NCBI RefSeq assembly: GCF_009914755.1
Contig: NC_060943.1
Source of the DNA: the human T2T-CHM13v2.0 reference genome, Homo sapiens
DNA: 64,000 nt
Strand: one strand, 5' to 3'
In this document: positions 13,700 to 31,129 of the stretch, in pieces
Position numbering within the stretch: the first letter of the stretch is position 1
Layout of the letters: every line of letters starts with the position of its first letter
Translations under genes and position numbers: made by a program
The notes under the pieces: generated by a model
What the model was told of the DNA's origin: nothing
What the model saw: the letters and a program-made list of their open reading frames with translations, nothing else
The model's database searches: none

Positions 13700-13818
13700 C
13701 CGGAGCCATTGTGGCTCCGGCCGGTTGCGCGGGCCCTCGGACCCTCAGAGAGGCGAGGGTTCGAGGGCACGAGTTCGAGGCCAACCTGGTCCACATGGGT
13801 TGAAAAAAAAATTTTTTT
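13700..13818 (+). ncRNA. SNAR-C: snaR B/C type, copy 3
   Basis: Identical to copy 1 by eye. Confidence 0.92.
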
Positions 13819-13847
13819 ATCGTTCCCAATATAACAACAAAACATAA

Positions 13848-14092
<245 letters not shown>

Positions 14093-14814
14093 TGACCAGG
14101 CTGGTCTTGAACACCTGGCCTCAAATGATCCACTCGCCTTGGTCTCCCAAAGTGGTAGGATGACAGGCGTGAGCCACCGCGCCCAGCCTCTTCTATTCTT
14201 TTAGAGACAGCGTCTCACTCTGTTGCCCAGGCTGGAGTGCATTGATGTGATGTGTGATCATAGCTCATTGCAGCCCTGACCATCCGAGCTCAAGCAATCC
14301 TTCTGCCTCAGCCTCCTGAGTAGCTGGGGCCGCAGATGTGCACCACTGCACCTGGCTAATTTTTAACATTTTTTGTGGAGCCAGAGTCTGTATAAAATAA
14401 AGTGTAAATAGTACCATAAATAAAGAATACATAGTACCATTTTATAGTAGTATAAAACGGACATTAGAAACTCTGGACTTAAAGTTTAAAAAAATACACA
14501 AAAGTAGTTCTCAAGTTCTAGAGACTTGGAGAATCCAGGAATCAACAATGTCGTGGAACTCCTACAGCCTTTCATAAAGAATGGCCCTCGAGGAAAGTGG
14601 AAATTGTCAGTGGGCATTGTGTTCGTGCCTCAGCTAAACACGGCAGGAATTTATTTATAACCTAGTGTAACATCCTCGAGGCACTGTTCAATTAGTCAAG
14701 CAATTGTAAAATTCTCCCAGTCTTAGAAAAGATACAGGTGTGTGTCCCTCTGCTGTGGCTGTGCACTGACGCTTCAGTAAAAGTTGCCGTCTAAAACCAC
14801 CGGCCTGCCCTTGA

Positions 14815-14961
<147 letters not shown>

Positions 14962-16069
14962 TGAACAGCTGGGATTACAGGCACCCGTCCCCATGCCCGG
15001 GTAATTTTTGTATATTTAGTAGAGATGGGGTTTTCAGCATGTTGGCCAGGCTGGTCTCGAACTCCTTACCTCAAGTGATCCATCCGCCTCAGCCTCCCAA
15101 AGTGCTGGGATTACAGGCGTGAGCCAGTGCGCCCGGCTTCTTGAATTAGTTTCTAGGAGAAGCCAAGAACCCCCCCGGGCTAAGCCTCAATTTTGGGGCT
15201 CGCCTGTGCTGCATCAGCTTCACACCTAGAGAAGAGAGTGAAAGAGAAGGGAGAGCCGTCCTTTTGGGCTGCCTTGAAATAAAGGTTGACCCATGGGTTC
15301 ATGTATTGTCATTCATTCTCATTTTCTCTTCCTCTCTTTCTCTCTCTCCCCTGCCCCTTAAGTTAGCTTTTCTACACCCTACCTGGATAAGGATAAGAAA
15401 TAGAAGGAGGGGACACTTTAGGATGCTACAAAATAAAATACAACAACAACAACAATAACAGCAGCAGCAACAACAACAACAGCAACAAAAGGGGAAGAAA
15501 CAAATCTGGCCACTGCACATTCCTCCTTGGCAACAAAAAGCCGTGGATGCAAAAAGCTGCCCTTCACTGCATAGACAGAACAGGGCGCGCTCGAGCTATG
15601 AATCTCGGAAATTACTCAAACCATCAGCCTCTGCAAGAAGCAAAGTGGACGGCCGGCCGGGCGCGGTGGCTCACTCCTGGAATCCCAGCACTTTGGGAGC
15701 CCGAGGTGGGCGGATCACGAGGTCAGGAGATCGAGACTGTTCTGGCTAAGCCAGTGAAACCCCCTCTCTACTAAAAAAATAACAAAAGCGAAGTGCATCT
15801 CCCATAAACGAGGTACTGCAGGAAGAAAGCAGAAAATGAGACCCGAGTACACACATGCACGCGGGCGTGCGCACACACACACCAGAAGAAATGAACCAAG
15901 AGGAAAGGAAATATTTTCAAGTAAGCATTTGGAGATGGGAAAAACACCTTGAAACAGAAATTCATAAAGTACACACATGTTTTTTTTTTAAGTTAAAAGA
16001 GGAACAATAATAAACAGGCAGAAAATGAATAAAAAATAAAATGTCATATCAGAAGTGAAGATAAATTAA

Positions 16070-16285
<216 letters not shown>

Positions 16286-17829
16286 TAGAGTCATCATGGA
16301 AATTAAACAACCTGCTTCCAAATGACTTTTGGGTAAAGACTGAAATTAAGGCAGAAATAAAAAAATTATTTGAAACTAATGAAAACAAACATACAACATC
16401 CCAGAATCTCTGGGACACAGCTAGAACAGTGCTCAGAGGAAGTTTCTAGTGCTATATGGCTACATTAAGAAGCTAGAAAGATCTCAAATGAACCGCCTAA
16501 CATCACACCTAGAGGAATTAGAAAAACAAGAGCAAATCAACCCCAAAGCTAGCAGAAGAAAAAAAAAAAAAACAAAATCAGAGCTGAGCTGAATGAAATT
16601 GAGATGTAAAATACCATACAAAAGATCAATGAAACCCAAAGTTGATTTTTTAAAAAAATTATTTATTTATTATTTATTCCATAAATTATTGGGGTACAGG
16701 TGGTATGTGGTTACATAAGCTCTTTAGTGGTGATTTGTGATTTTGGTGCACCCATCACCTGAGCAGTATACACTACCCCCTATTTGTTGTCTTTTATCCC
16801 TCGCCCTCGCCAACTCGTCCCCCTAAGTCCCCAAAGTCCATTGTATCATTCTTATGCCTTTGTGTCCTCATAGCTTAGGTCCCACATATCAGTGAGAACA
16901 TACGATGTTTGGTTTTCCATTCCTGAGTTACTTCACTTAGAATAATACTCTCCGGTCTCATCCAGGTCACTGCAAATGCTGTTAATTCATACAAAGTTGA
17001 TATTTTTGGAAGCATAAATAACATGGAAAGACCACTAGCTAGATTAATAAAGAAAAAAAGACAAGATCCAAATAAACACAATCAGAAATGACAGAGGTGA
17101 CATTACCACTGACCCACAGACATACAAGAAACCCTGAGACTATTCCACATGCCTCTATGCACAAAAACTAGAAAACTAGAAGAAATAGATAAATTCCTGG
17201 AAACATAAAACCTCTCAAGATTGAACCAGGAAGAAATGGAAACCCTGAACAAACCAACGATGAGTTCCAAAATTGAGTTAGTCATACAAGACCTACCAAC
17301 CAGCGCAAAAAACCTTAGACTAGACGGATTCACAGTCGAATTCTACCAGATGTGTAAAGAAAAGCCGGCACCAATCCTACTGAAATTATTCCACACAATT
17401 GAGGAGGAGCAACTGCTCTCTAACTCATTCTATGAGGTCAGAGTCATTCTGATACCGAAACCTGGCAGAGACACAACGAAAAAAGGAAAATAGGTAAAGT
17501 AATACATATGTTAATGATCTTGATTTAGCCATTCTACGGTATATACATATTTCAAAACAATATGTACATGATAAATATGTACAATTTGTCAATTAAAAAT
17601 ATATAAAAGGAAGAGGAAAAAATTCAAATGGCGTAGAATTTGAAAGGAGAAGATACAGAACAAACTCCAGTGTCTTCTTTATTCAACTATATATACACAC
17701 GTTCAATGGACCGGGAGCAGTGGCTCAAGCCTGTAATCACAGCACTTTGGGAGGTCAAGGCGGGCAGATCACCTGAGGTCGGGAGTTCGAGACCAGCCTG
17801 ACCAACAGAGAGAAACCCCAGCTCTACTA

Positions 17830-17982
<153 letters not shown>

Positions 17983-17990
17983 TCAGTCTC

Positions 17991-18021
<31 letters not shown>

Positions 18022-19092
18022 TTAATGAATGAATGATGAGACCGTTGGTGACATCTCCCACCTTCTCCCTCTCACTCCACTGCAGCCACACGGGGCTCCT
18101 CACTGTTCCCGTAGCAGCAGGCATGTGCCCCCACAGGGCCTCTGTACTGGCAGTTCCCACTGCCCGAACACCCTCATGCACCATCTGCACTGTCCAATAC
18201 GGCCGCCTCTGGCCACACATGGCTACTGAGCAGTTGAACATGGCTGATCCAAACCAAGATTTCCAAGACGTCGTGTGGTAAAAAAAACAACATAAAATTT
18301 TGCAAAAATGTTTCTATTGATTATGTTAAAATTATGATGTTTTAGGTATATTAGGTTAAATCAGCTATTTTATCAAAATGAATCTCGCCTGTTTGTTTTT
18401 GCTTTTTTTTTTTTTTTTTTTTTTGAGATGGAGTCTCGCTCTGTCGCCCAGGCTAGAGTACAATGGCGTGGTCTCAGCTCACTGCATCACTGCAACCTCT
18501 ACCTCCCAGGTTCAAGCGATTCTCCTACCTCACCCTCCCAAGTGGCTGGGATTACAGGCGTGTGCCACCACACCCAGCTAATTTTTGTATTTTTGTAGAG
18601 ACAGGGTTTCACCATGTTGGCCAGGCTGGTCTCGAACTGCTGACCTCGTGATCTACCTGCCTCGGCCTCCCAAAGTCCTGGGATTACAGGTGTGGGCCAC
18701 TGCGCCGGCCATGTTTCTCGACTTCTGCTGGCAAGCATGTTCCAGTATTTGCATGGCTCCTAGCCCTCATCTCCATTTCTCTGCACAGATGTTATCTTCC
18801 CCATGAGGTCTGCCTTATACATGAGGCGTGTATTATAAAGTGCAACTGCCAATTCGCCAACCCCGTTGTTTCTTCTCTCCAGAACACTAGGCACCATCTG
18901 ATCTCCTATGCCTTTTCCTTATTGTCAGATACTGAACTCTCAGATACAGTTCCCCTTCCTCCCTCCAGGGGGCGCCATGGAACGCAGGGCCCTCACTGGC
19001 CCTGGGGACTGGGTGACGTCAGGGGTGAGCCTCTGGTGATTGGCTCCCTCACCCTGCGTAAGATCAAAGGGCCTAAAGGTCAGCCCCGACAC

Positions 19093-19211
19093 CCGGAGCC
19101 ATTGTGGCTCCGGCCGGTTGCGCGGGCCCTCGGACCCTCAGAGAGGCGAGGGTTCGAGGGCACGAGTTCGAGGCCAACCTGGTCCACATGGGTTGAAAAA
19201 AAAATTTTTTT
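19093..19211 (+). ncRNA. SNAR-C: snaR B/C type, copy 4
   Basis: Identical to copy 1 by eye. Confidence 0.92.
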
Positions 19212-19280
19212 ATCGTTCCCAATATAACAACAAAACATAAAGGGAGGACGCCTTGATAGGAAGAAATGACATCTTCCTAA

Positions 19281-19484
<204 letters not shown>

Positions 19485-20205
19485 TGACCAGGCTGGTCTT
19501 GAACACCTGGCCTCAAATGATCCACTCGCCTTGGTCTCCCAAAGTGGTAGGATGACAGGCGTGAGCCACCGCGCCCAGCCTCTTCTATTCTTTTAGAGAC
19601 AGCGTCTCACTCTGTTGCCCAGGCTGGAGTGCATTGATGTGATGTGTGATCATAGCTCATTGCAGCCCTGACCATCCGAGCTCAAGCAATCCTTCTGCCT
19701 CAGCCTCCTGAGTAGCTGGGGCCGCAGATGTGCACCACTGCACCTGGCTAATTTTTAACATTTTTTGTGGAGCCAGAGTCTGTATAAAATAAAGTGTAAA
19801 TAGTACCATAAATAAAGAATACATAGTACCATTTTATAGTAGTATAAAACGGACATTAGAAACTCTGGACTTAAAGTTTAAAAAAATACACAAAAGTAGT
19901 TCTCAAGTTCTAGAGACTTGGAGAATCCAGGAATCAACAATGTCGTGGAACTCCTACAGCCTTTCATAAAGAATGGCCCTCGAGGAAAGTGGAATTGTCA
20001 GTGGGCATTGTGTTCGTGCCTCAGCTAAACACGGCAGGAATTTATTTATAACCTAGTGTAACATCCTCGAGGCACTGTTCAATTAGTCAAGCAATTGTAA
20101 AATTCTCCCAGTCTTAGAAAAGATACAGGTGTGTGTCCCTCTGCTGTGGCTGTGCACTGACGCTTCAGTAAAAGTTGCCGTCTAAAACCACCGGCCTGCC
20201 CTTGA

Positions 20206-20352
<147 letters not shown>

Positions 20353-21450
20353 TGAACAGCTGGGATTAAAGGCACCCGTCCCCATGCCCGGGTAATTTTT
20401 GTATATTTAGTAGAGATGGGGTTTCACCATGTTGGCCAGGCTGGTCTCGAACTCCTTACCTCAAGTGATCCATCCGCCTCAGCCTCCCAAAGTGCTGGGA
20501 TTACAGGCGTGAGCCAGTGCGCCCGGCTTCTTGAATTAGTTTCTAGGAGAAGCCAAGAACCCCCCCGGGCTAAGCCTCAATTTTGGGGCTCGCCTGTGCT
20601 GCATCAGCTTCACACCTAGAGAAGAGAGTGAAAGAGAAGGGAGAGCCGTCCTTTTGGGCTGCCTTGAAATAAAGGTTGACCCATGGGTTCATGTATTGTC
20701 ATTCATTCTCATTTTCTCTTCCTCTCTTTCTCTCTCTCCCCTGCCCCTTAAGTTAGCTTTTCTACACCCTACCTGGATAAGGATAAGAAATAGAAGGAGG
20801 GGACACTTTAGGATGCTACAAAATAAAATACAACAACAACAACAATAACAGCAGCAGCAACAACAACAACAGCAACAAAAGGGGAAGAAACAAATCTGGC
20901 CACTGCACATTCCTCCTTGGCAACAAAAAGCCGTGGATGCAAAAAGCTGCCCTTCACTGCATAGACAGAACAGGGCGCGCTCGAGCTATGAATCTCGGAA
21001 ATTACTCAAACCATCAGCCTCTGCAAGAAGCAAAGTGGACGGCCGGGCGCGGTGGCTCACTCCTGGAATCCCAGCACTTTGGGAGCCCGAGGTGGGCGGA
21101 TCACGAGGTCAGGAGATCGAGACTGTTCTGGCTAAGCCAGTGAAACCCCCTCTCTACTAAAAAAATAACAAAAGCGAAGTGCATCTCCCATAAACGAGGT
21201 ACTGCAGGAAGAAAGCAGAAAATGAGACCCGAGTACACACATGCACGCGGGCGTGCGCACACACACACCAGAAGAAATGAACCAAGAGGAAAGGAAATAT
21301 TTTCAAGTAAGCATTTGGAGATGGGAAAAACACCTTGAAACAGAAATTCATAAAGTACACACATGTTTTTTTTTTAAGTTAAAAGAGGAACAATAATAAA
21401 CAGGCAGAAAATGAATAAAAAATAAAATGTCATATCAGAAGTGAAGATAA

Positions 21451-21669
<219 letters not shown>

Positions 21670-23212
21670 TAGAGTCATCATGGAAATTAAACAACCTGCT
21701 TCCAAATGACTTTTGGGTAAAGACTGAAATTAAGGCAGAAATAAAAAAATTATTTGAAACTAATGAAAACAAACATACAACATCCCAGAATCTCTGGGAC
21801 ACAGCTAGAACAGTGCTCAGAGGAAGTTTCTAGTGCTATATGGCTACATTAAGAAGCTAGAAAGATCTCAAATGAACCGCCTAACATCACACCTAGAGGA
21901 ATTAGAAAAACAAGAGCAAATCAACCCCAAAGCTAGCAGAAGAAAAAAAAAAAAACAAAATCAGAGCTGAGCTGAATGAAATTGAGATGTAAAATACCAT
22001 ACAAAAGATCAATGAAACCCAAAGTTGATTTTTTAAAAAAATTATTTATTTATTATTTATTCCATAAATTATTGGGGTACAGGTGGTATGTGGTTACATA
22101 AGCTCTTTAGTGGTGATTTGTGATTTTGGTGCACCCATCACCTGAGCAGTATACACTACCCCCTATTTGTTGTCTTTTATCCCTCGCCCTCGCCAACTCG
22201 TCCCCCTAAGTCCCCAAAGTCCATTGTATCATTCTTATGCCTTTGTGTCCTCATAGCTTAGGTCCCACATATCAGTGAGAACATACGATGTTTGGTTTTC
22301 CATTCCTGAGTTACTTCACTTAGAATAATACTCTCCGGTCTCATCCAGGTCACTGCAAATGCTGTTAATTCATACAAAGTTGATATTTTTGGAAGCATAA
22401 ATAACATGGAAAGACCACTAGCTAGATTAATAAAGAAAAAAAGACAAGATCCAAATAAACACAATCAGAAATGACAGAGGTGACATTACCACTGACCCAC
22501 AGACATACAAGAAACCCTGAGACTATTCCACATGCCTCTATGCACAAAAACTAGAAAACTAGAAGAAATAGATAAATTCCTGGAAACATAAAACCTCTCA
22601 AGATTGAACCAGGAAGAAATGGAAACCCTGAACAAACCAACGATGAGTTCCAAAATTGAGTTAGTCATACAAGACCTACCAACCAGCGCAAAAAACCTTA
22701 GACTAGACGGATTCACAGTCGAATTCTACCAGATGTGTAAAGAAAAGCCGGCACCAATCCTACTGAAATTATTCCACACAATTGAGGAGGAGCAACTGCT
22801 CTCTAACTCATTCTATGAGGTCAGAGTCATTCTGATACCGAAACCTGGCAGAGACACAACGAAAAAAGGAAAATAGGTAAAGTAATACATATGTTAATGA
22901 TCTTGATTTAGCCATTCTACGGTATATACATATTTCAAAACAATATGTACATGATAAATATGTACAATTTGTCAATTAAAAATATATAAAAGGAAGAGGA
23001 AAAAATTCAAATGGCGTAGAATTTGAAAGGAGAAGATACAGAACAAACTCCAGTGTCTTCTTTATTCAACTATATATACACACGTTCAATGGACCGGGAG
23101 CAGTGGCTCAAGCCTGTAATCACAGCACTTTGGGAGGTCAAGGCGGGCAGATCACCTGAGGTCGGGAGTTCGAGACCAGCCTGACCAACAGAGAGAAACC
23201 CCAGCTCTACTA

Positions 23213-23365
<153 letters not shown>

Positions 23366-23373
23366 TCAGTCTC

Positions 23374-23404
<31 letters not shown>

Positions 23405-24478
23405 TTAATGAATGAATGATGAGACCGTTGGTGACATCTCCCACCTTCTCCCTCTCACTCCACTGCAGCCACACGGGGCTCCTCACTGTTCCCGTAGCAG
23501 CAGGCATGTGCCCCCACAGGGCCTCTGTACTGGCTGTTCCCACTGCCCGAACACCCTCATGCACCATCTGCACTGTCCAATACGGCCGCCTCTGGCCACA
23601 CATGGCTACTGAGCAGTTGAACATGGCTGGTCCAAACCAACATTTCCAAGACGTCGTGTGGTAAAAAAAACAACATAAAATTTTGCAAAAATGTTTCTAT
23701 TGATTATGTTAAAATTATGATGTTTTAGGTATATTAGGTTAAATCAGCTATTTTATCAAAATGAATCTCGCCTGTTTGTTTTTGCTTTTTTTTTTTTTTT
23801 TTTTTTTTTTGAGATGGAGTCTCGCTCTGTCGCCCAGGCTAGAGTACAATGGCGTGGTCTCAGCTCACTGCATCACTGCAACCTCTACCTCCCAGGTTCA
23901 AGCGATTCTCCTACCTCACCCTCCCAAGTGGCTGGGATTACAGGCGTGTGCCACCACACCCAGCTAATTTTTGTATTTTTGTAGAGACAGGGTTTCACCA
24001 TGTTGGCCAGGCTGGTCTCGAACTGCTGACCTCGTGATCTACCTGCCTCGGCCTCCCAAAGTCCTGGGATTACAGGTGTGGGCCACTGCGCCGGCCATGT
24101 TTCTCGACTTCTGCTGGCAAGCATGTTCCAGTATTTGCATGGCTCCTAGCCCTCATCTCCATTTCTCTGCACAGATGTTATCTTCCCCATGAGGTCTGCC
24201 TTATACATGAGGCGTGTATTATAAAGTGCAACTGCCAATTCGCCAACCCCGTTGTTTCTTCTCTCCAGAACACTAGGCACCATCTGATCTCCTATGCCTT
24301 TTCCTTATTGTCAGATACTGAACTCTCAGATACAGTTCCCCTTCCTCCCTCCAGGGGGCGCCATGGAACGCAGGGCCCTCACTGGCCCTGGGGACTGGGT
24401 GACGTCAGGGGTGAGCCTCTGGTGATTGGCTCCCTCACCCTGCGTAAGATCAAAGGGCCTAAAGGTCAGCCCCGACAC

Positions 24479-24597
24479 CCGGAGCCATTGTGGCTCCGGC
24501 CGGTTGCGCGGGCCCTCGGACCCTCAGAGAGGCGAGGGTTCGAGGGCACGAGTTCGAGGCCAACCTGGTCCACATGGGTTGAAAAAAAAATTTTTTT
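24479..24597 (+). ncRNA. SNAR-C: snaR B/C type, copy 5
   Basis: Identical to copy 1 by eye. Confidence 0.92.
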
Positions 24598-24626
24598 ATC
24601 GTTCCCAATATAACAACAAAACATAA

Positions 24627-24871
<245 letters not shown>

Positions 24872-25592
24872 TGACCAGGCTGGTCTTGAACACCTGGCCT
24901 CAAATGATCCACTCGCCTTGGTCTCCCAAAGTGGTAGGATGACAGGCGTGAGCCACCGCGCCCAGCCTCTTCTATTCTTTTAGAGACAGCGTCTCACTCT
25001 GTTGCCCAGGCTGGAGTGCATTGATGTGATGTGTGATCATAGCTCATTGCAGCCCTGACCATCCGAGCTCAAGCAATCCTTCTGCCTCAGCCTCCTGAGT
25101 AGCTGGGGCCGCAGATGTGCACCACTGCACCTGGCTAATTTTTAACATTTTTTGTGGAGCCAGAGTCTGTATAAAATAAAGTGTAAATAGTACCATAAAT
25201 AAAGAATACATAGTACCATTTTATAGTAGTATAAAACGGACATTAGAAACTCTGGACTTAAAGTTTAAAAAAATACACAAAAGTAGTTCTCAAGTTCTAG
25301 AGACTTGGAGAATCCAGGAATCAACAATGTCGTGGAACTCCTACAGCCTTTCATAAAGAATGGCCCTCGAGGAAAGTGGAATTGTCAGTGGGCATTGTGT
25401 TCGTGCCTCAGCTAAACACGGCAGGAATTTATTTATAACCTAGTGTAACATCCTCGAGGCACTGTTCAATTAGTCAAGCAATTGTAAAATTCTCCCAGTC
25501 TTAGAAAAGATACAGGTGTGTGTCCCTCTGCTGTGGCTGTGCACTGACGCTTCAGTAAAAGTTGCCGTCTAAAACCACCGGCCTGCCCTTGA

Positions 25593-25739
<147 letters not shown>

Positions 25740-26842
25740 TGAACAGCTGGGATTAAAGGCACCCGTCCCCATGCCCGGGTAATTTTTGTATATTTAGTAG
25801 AGATGGGGTTTCACCATGTTGGCCAGGCTGGTCTCGAACTCCTTACCTCAAGTGATCCATCCGCCTCAGCCTCCCAAAGTGCTGGGATTACAGGCGTGAG
25901 CCAGTGCGCCCGGCTTCTTGAATTAGTTTCTAGGAGAAGCCAAGAACCCCCCCGGGCTAAGCCTCAATTTTGGGGCTCGCCTGTGCTGCATCAGCTTCAC
26001 ACCTAGAGAAGAGAGTGAAAGAGAAGGGAGAGCCGTCCTTTTGGGCTGCCTTGAAATAAAGGTTGACCCATGGGTTCATGTATTGTCATTCATTCTCATT
26101 TTCTCTTCCTCTCTTTCTCTCTCTCCCCTGCCCCTTAAGTTAGCTTTTCTACACCCTACCTGGATAAGGATAAGAAATAGAAGGAGGGGACACTTTAGGA
26201 TGCTACAAAATAAAATACAACAACAACAACAATAACAGCAGCAGCAACAACAACAACAGCAACAAAAGGGGAAGAAACAAATCTGGCCACTGCACATTCC
26301 TCCTTGGCAACAAAAAGCCGTGGATGCAAAAAGCTGCCCTTCACTGCATAGACAGAACAGGGCGCGCTCGAGCTATGAATCTCGGAAATTACTCAAACCA
26401 TCAGCCTCTGCAAGAAGCAAAGTGGACGGCCGGGCGCGGTGGCTCACTCCTGGAATCCCAGCACTTTGGGAGCCCGAGGTGGGCGGATCACGAGGTCAGG
26501 AGATCGAGACTGTTCTGGCTAAACCAGTGAAACCCCCTCTCTACTAAAAAAATAACAAAAGCGAAGTGCATCTCCCATAAACGAGGTACTGCAGGAAGAA
26601 AGCAGAAAATGAGACCCGAGTACACACATGCACGCGGGCGTGCGCACACACACACCAGAAGAAATGAACCAAGAGGAAAGGAAATATTTTCAAGTAAGCA
26701 TTTGGAGATGGGAAAAACACCTTGAAACAGAAATTCATAAAGTACACACATGTTTTTTTTTTAAGTTAAAAGAGGAACAATAATAAACAGGCAGAAAATG
26801 AATAAAAAATAAAATGTCATATCAGAAGTGAAGATAAATTAA

Positions 26843-27055
<213 letters not shown>

Positions 27056-28598
27056 TAGAGTCATCATGGAAATTAAACAACCTGCTTCCAAATGACTTTT
27101 GGGTAAAGACTGAAATTAAGGCAGAAATAAAAAAATTATTTGAAACTAATGAAAACAAACATACAACATCCCAGAATCTCTGGGACACAGCTAGAACAGT
27201 GCTCAGAGGAAGTTTCTAGTGCTATATGGCTACATTAAGAAGCTAGAAAGATCTCAAATGAACCGCCTAACATCACACCTAGAGGAATTAGAAAAACAAG
27301 AGCAAATCAACCCCAAAGCTAGCAGAAGAAAAAAAAAAAAACAAAATCAGAGCTGAGCTGAATGAAATTGAGATGTAAAATACCATACAAAAGATCAATG
27401 AAACCCAAAGTTGATTTTTTAAAAAAATTATTTATTTATTATTTATTCCATAAATTATTGGGGTACAGGTGGTATGTGGTTACATAAGCTCTTTAGTGGT
27501 GATTTGTGATTTTGGTGCACCCATCACCTGAGCAGTATACACTACCCCCTATTTGTTGTCTTTTATCCCTCGCCCTCGCCAACTCGTCCCCCTAAGTCCC
27601 CAAAGTCCATTGTATCATTCTTATGCCTTTGTGTCCTCATAGCTTAGGTCCCACATATCAGTGAGAACATACGATGTTTGGTTTTCCATTCCTGAGTTAC
27701 TTCACTTAGAATAATACTCTCCGGTCTCATCCAGGTCACTGCAAATGCTGTTAATTCATACAAAGTTGATATTTTTGGAAGCATAAATAACATGGAAAGA
27801 CCACTAGCTAGATTAATAAAGAAAAAAAGACAAGATCCAAATAAACACAATCAGAAATGACAGAGGTGACATTACCACTGACCCACAGACATACAAGAAA
27901 CCCTGAGACTATTCCACATGCCTCTATGCACAAAAACTAGAAAACTAGAAGAAATAGAGAAATTCCTGGAAACATAAAACCTCTCAAGATTGAACCAGGA
28001 AGAAATGGAAACCCTGAACAAACCAACGATGAGTTCCAAAATTGAGTTAGTCATACAAGACCTACCAACCAGCGCAAAAAACCTTAGACTAGACGGATTC
28101 ACAGTCGAATTCTACCAGATGTGTAAAGAAAAGCCGGCACCAATCCTACTGAAATTATTCCACACAATTGAGGAGGAGCAACTGCTCTCTAACTCATTCT
28201 ATGAGGTCAGAGTCATTCTGATACCGAAACCTGGCAGAGACACAACGAAAAAAGGAAAATAGGTAAAGTAATACATATGTTAATGATCTTGATTTAGCCA
28301 TTCTACGGTATATACATATTTCAAAACAATATGTACATGATAAATATGTACAATTTGTCAATTAAAAATATATAAAAGGAAGAGGAAAAAATTCAAATGG
28401 CGTAGAATTTGAAAGGAGAAGATACAGAACAAACTCCAGTGTCTTCTTTATTCAACTATATATACACACGTTCAATGGACCGGGAGCAGTGGCTCAAGCC
28501 TGTAATCACAGCACTTTGGGAGGTCAAGGCGGGCAGATCACCTGAGGTCGGGAGTTCGAGACCAGCCTGACCAACAGAGAGAAACCCCAGCTCTACTA

Positions 28599-28751
<153 letters not shown>

Positions 28752-28759
28752 TCAGTCTC

Positions 28760-28790
<31 letters not shown>

Positions 28791-29864
28791 TTAATGAATG
28801 AATGATGAGACCGTTGGTGACATCTCCCACCTTCTCCCTCTCACTCCACTGCAGCCACACGGGGCTCCTCACTGTTCCCGTAGCAGCAGGCATGTGCCCC
28901 CACAGGGCCTCTGTACTGGCTGTTCCCACTGCCCGAACACCCTCATGCACCATCTGCACTGTCCAATACGGCCGCCTCTGGCCACACATGGCTACTGAGC
29001 AGTTGAACATGGCTGGTCCAAACCAAGATTTCCAAGACGTCGTGTGGTAAAAAAAACAACATAAAATTTTGCAAAAATGTTTCTATTGATTATGTTAAAA
29101 TTATGATGTTTTAGGTATATTAGGTTAAATCAGCTATTTTATCAAAATGAATCTCGCCTGTTTGTTTTTGCTTTTTTTTTTTTTTTTTTTTTTTTTGAGA
29201 TGGAGTCTCGCTCTGTCGCCCAGGCTAGAGTACAATGGCGTGGTCTCAGCTCACTGCATCACTGCAACCTCTACCTCCCAGGTTCAAGCGATTCTCCTAC
29301 CTCACCCTCCCAAGTGGCTGGGATTACAGGCGTGTGCCACCACACCCAGCTAATTTTTGTATTTTTGTAGAGACAGGGTTTCACCATGTTGGCCAGGCTG
29401 GTCTCGAACTGCTGACCTCGTGATCTACCTGCCTCGGCCTCCCAAAGTCCTGGGATTACAGGTGTGGGCCACTGCGCCGGCCATGTTTCTCGACTTCTGC
29501 TGGCAAGCATGTTCCAGTATTTGCATGGCTCCTAGCCCTCATCTCCATTTCTCTGCACAGATGTTATCTTCCCCATGAGGTCTGCCTTATACATGAGGCG
29601 TGTATTATAAAGTGCAACTGCCAATTCGCCAACCCCGTTGTTTCTTCTCTCCAGAACACTAGGCACCATCTGATCTCCTATGCCTTTTCCTTATTGTCAG
29701 ATACTGAACTCTCAGATACAGTTCCCCTTCCTCCCTCCAGGGGGCGCCATGGAACGCAGGGCCCTCACTGGCCCTGGGGACTGGGTGACGTCAGGGGTGA
29801 GCCTCTGGTGATTGGCTCCCTCACCCTGCGTAAGATCAAAGGGCCTAAAGGTCAGCCCCGACAC

Positions 29865-29983
29865 CCGGAGCCATTGTGGCTCCGGCCGGTTGCGCGGGCC
29901 CTCGGACCCTCAGAGAGGCGAGGGTTCGAGGGCACGAGTTCGAGGCCAACCTGGTCCACATGGGTTGAAAAAAAAATTTTTTT
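29865..29983 (+). ncRNA. SNAR-C: snaR B/C type, copy 6
   Basis: Identical to copy 1 by eye. Confidence 0.92.
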
Positions 29984-30052
29984 ATCGTTCCCAATATAAC
30001 AACAAAACATAAAGGGAGGACGCCTTGATAGGAAGAAATGACATCTTCCTAA

Positions 30053-30256
<204 letters not shown>

Positions 30257-30943
30257 TGACCAGGCTGGTCTTGAACACCTGGCCTCAAATGATCCACTCG
30301 CCTTGGTCTCCCAAACTGGTAGGATGACAGGCGTGAGCCACCGCGCCCAGCCTCTTCTATTCTTTTAGAGACAGCGTCTCACTCTGTTGCCCAGGCTGGA
30401 GTGCATTGATGTGATGTGTGATCATAGCTCATTGCAGCCCTGACCATCCGAGCTCAAGCAATCCTTCTGCCTCAGCCTCCTGAGTAGCTGGGGCCGCAGA
30501 TGTGCACCACTGCACCTGGCTAATTTTTAACATTTTTTGTGGAGCCAGAGTCTGTATAAAATAAAGTGTAAATAGTACCATAAATAAAGAATACATAGTA
30601 CCATTTTATAGTAGTATAAAACGGACATTAGAAACTCTGGACTTAAAGTTTAAAAAAATACACAAAAGTAGTTCTCAAGTTCTAGAGACTTGGAGAATCC
30701 AGGAATCAACAATGTCGTGGAACTCCTACAGCCTTTCATAAAGAATGGCCCTCGAGGAAAGTGGAATTGTCAGTGGGCATTGTGTTCGTGCCTCAGCTAA
30801 ACACGGCAGGAATTTATTTATAACCTAGTGTAACATCCTCGAGGCACTGTTCAATTAGTCAAGCAATTGTAAAATTCTCCCAGTCTTAGAAAAGATACAG
30901 GTGTGTGTCCCTCTGCTGTGGCTGTGCACTGACGCTTCAGTAA

Positions 30944-31129
<186 letters not shown>
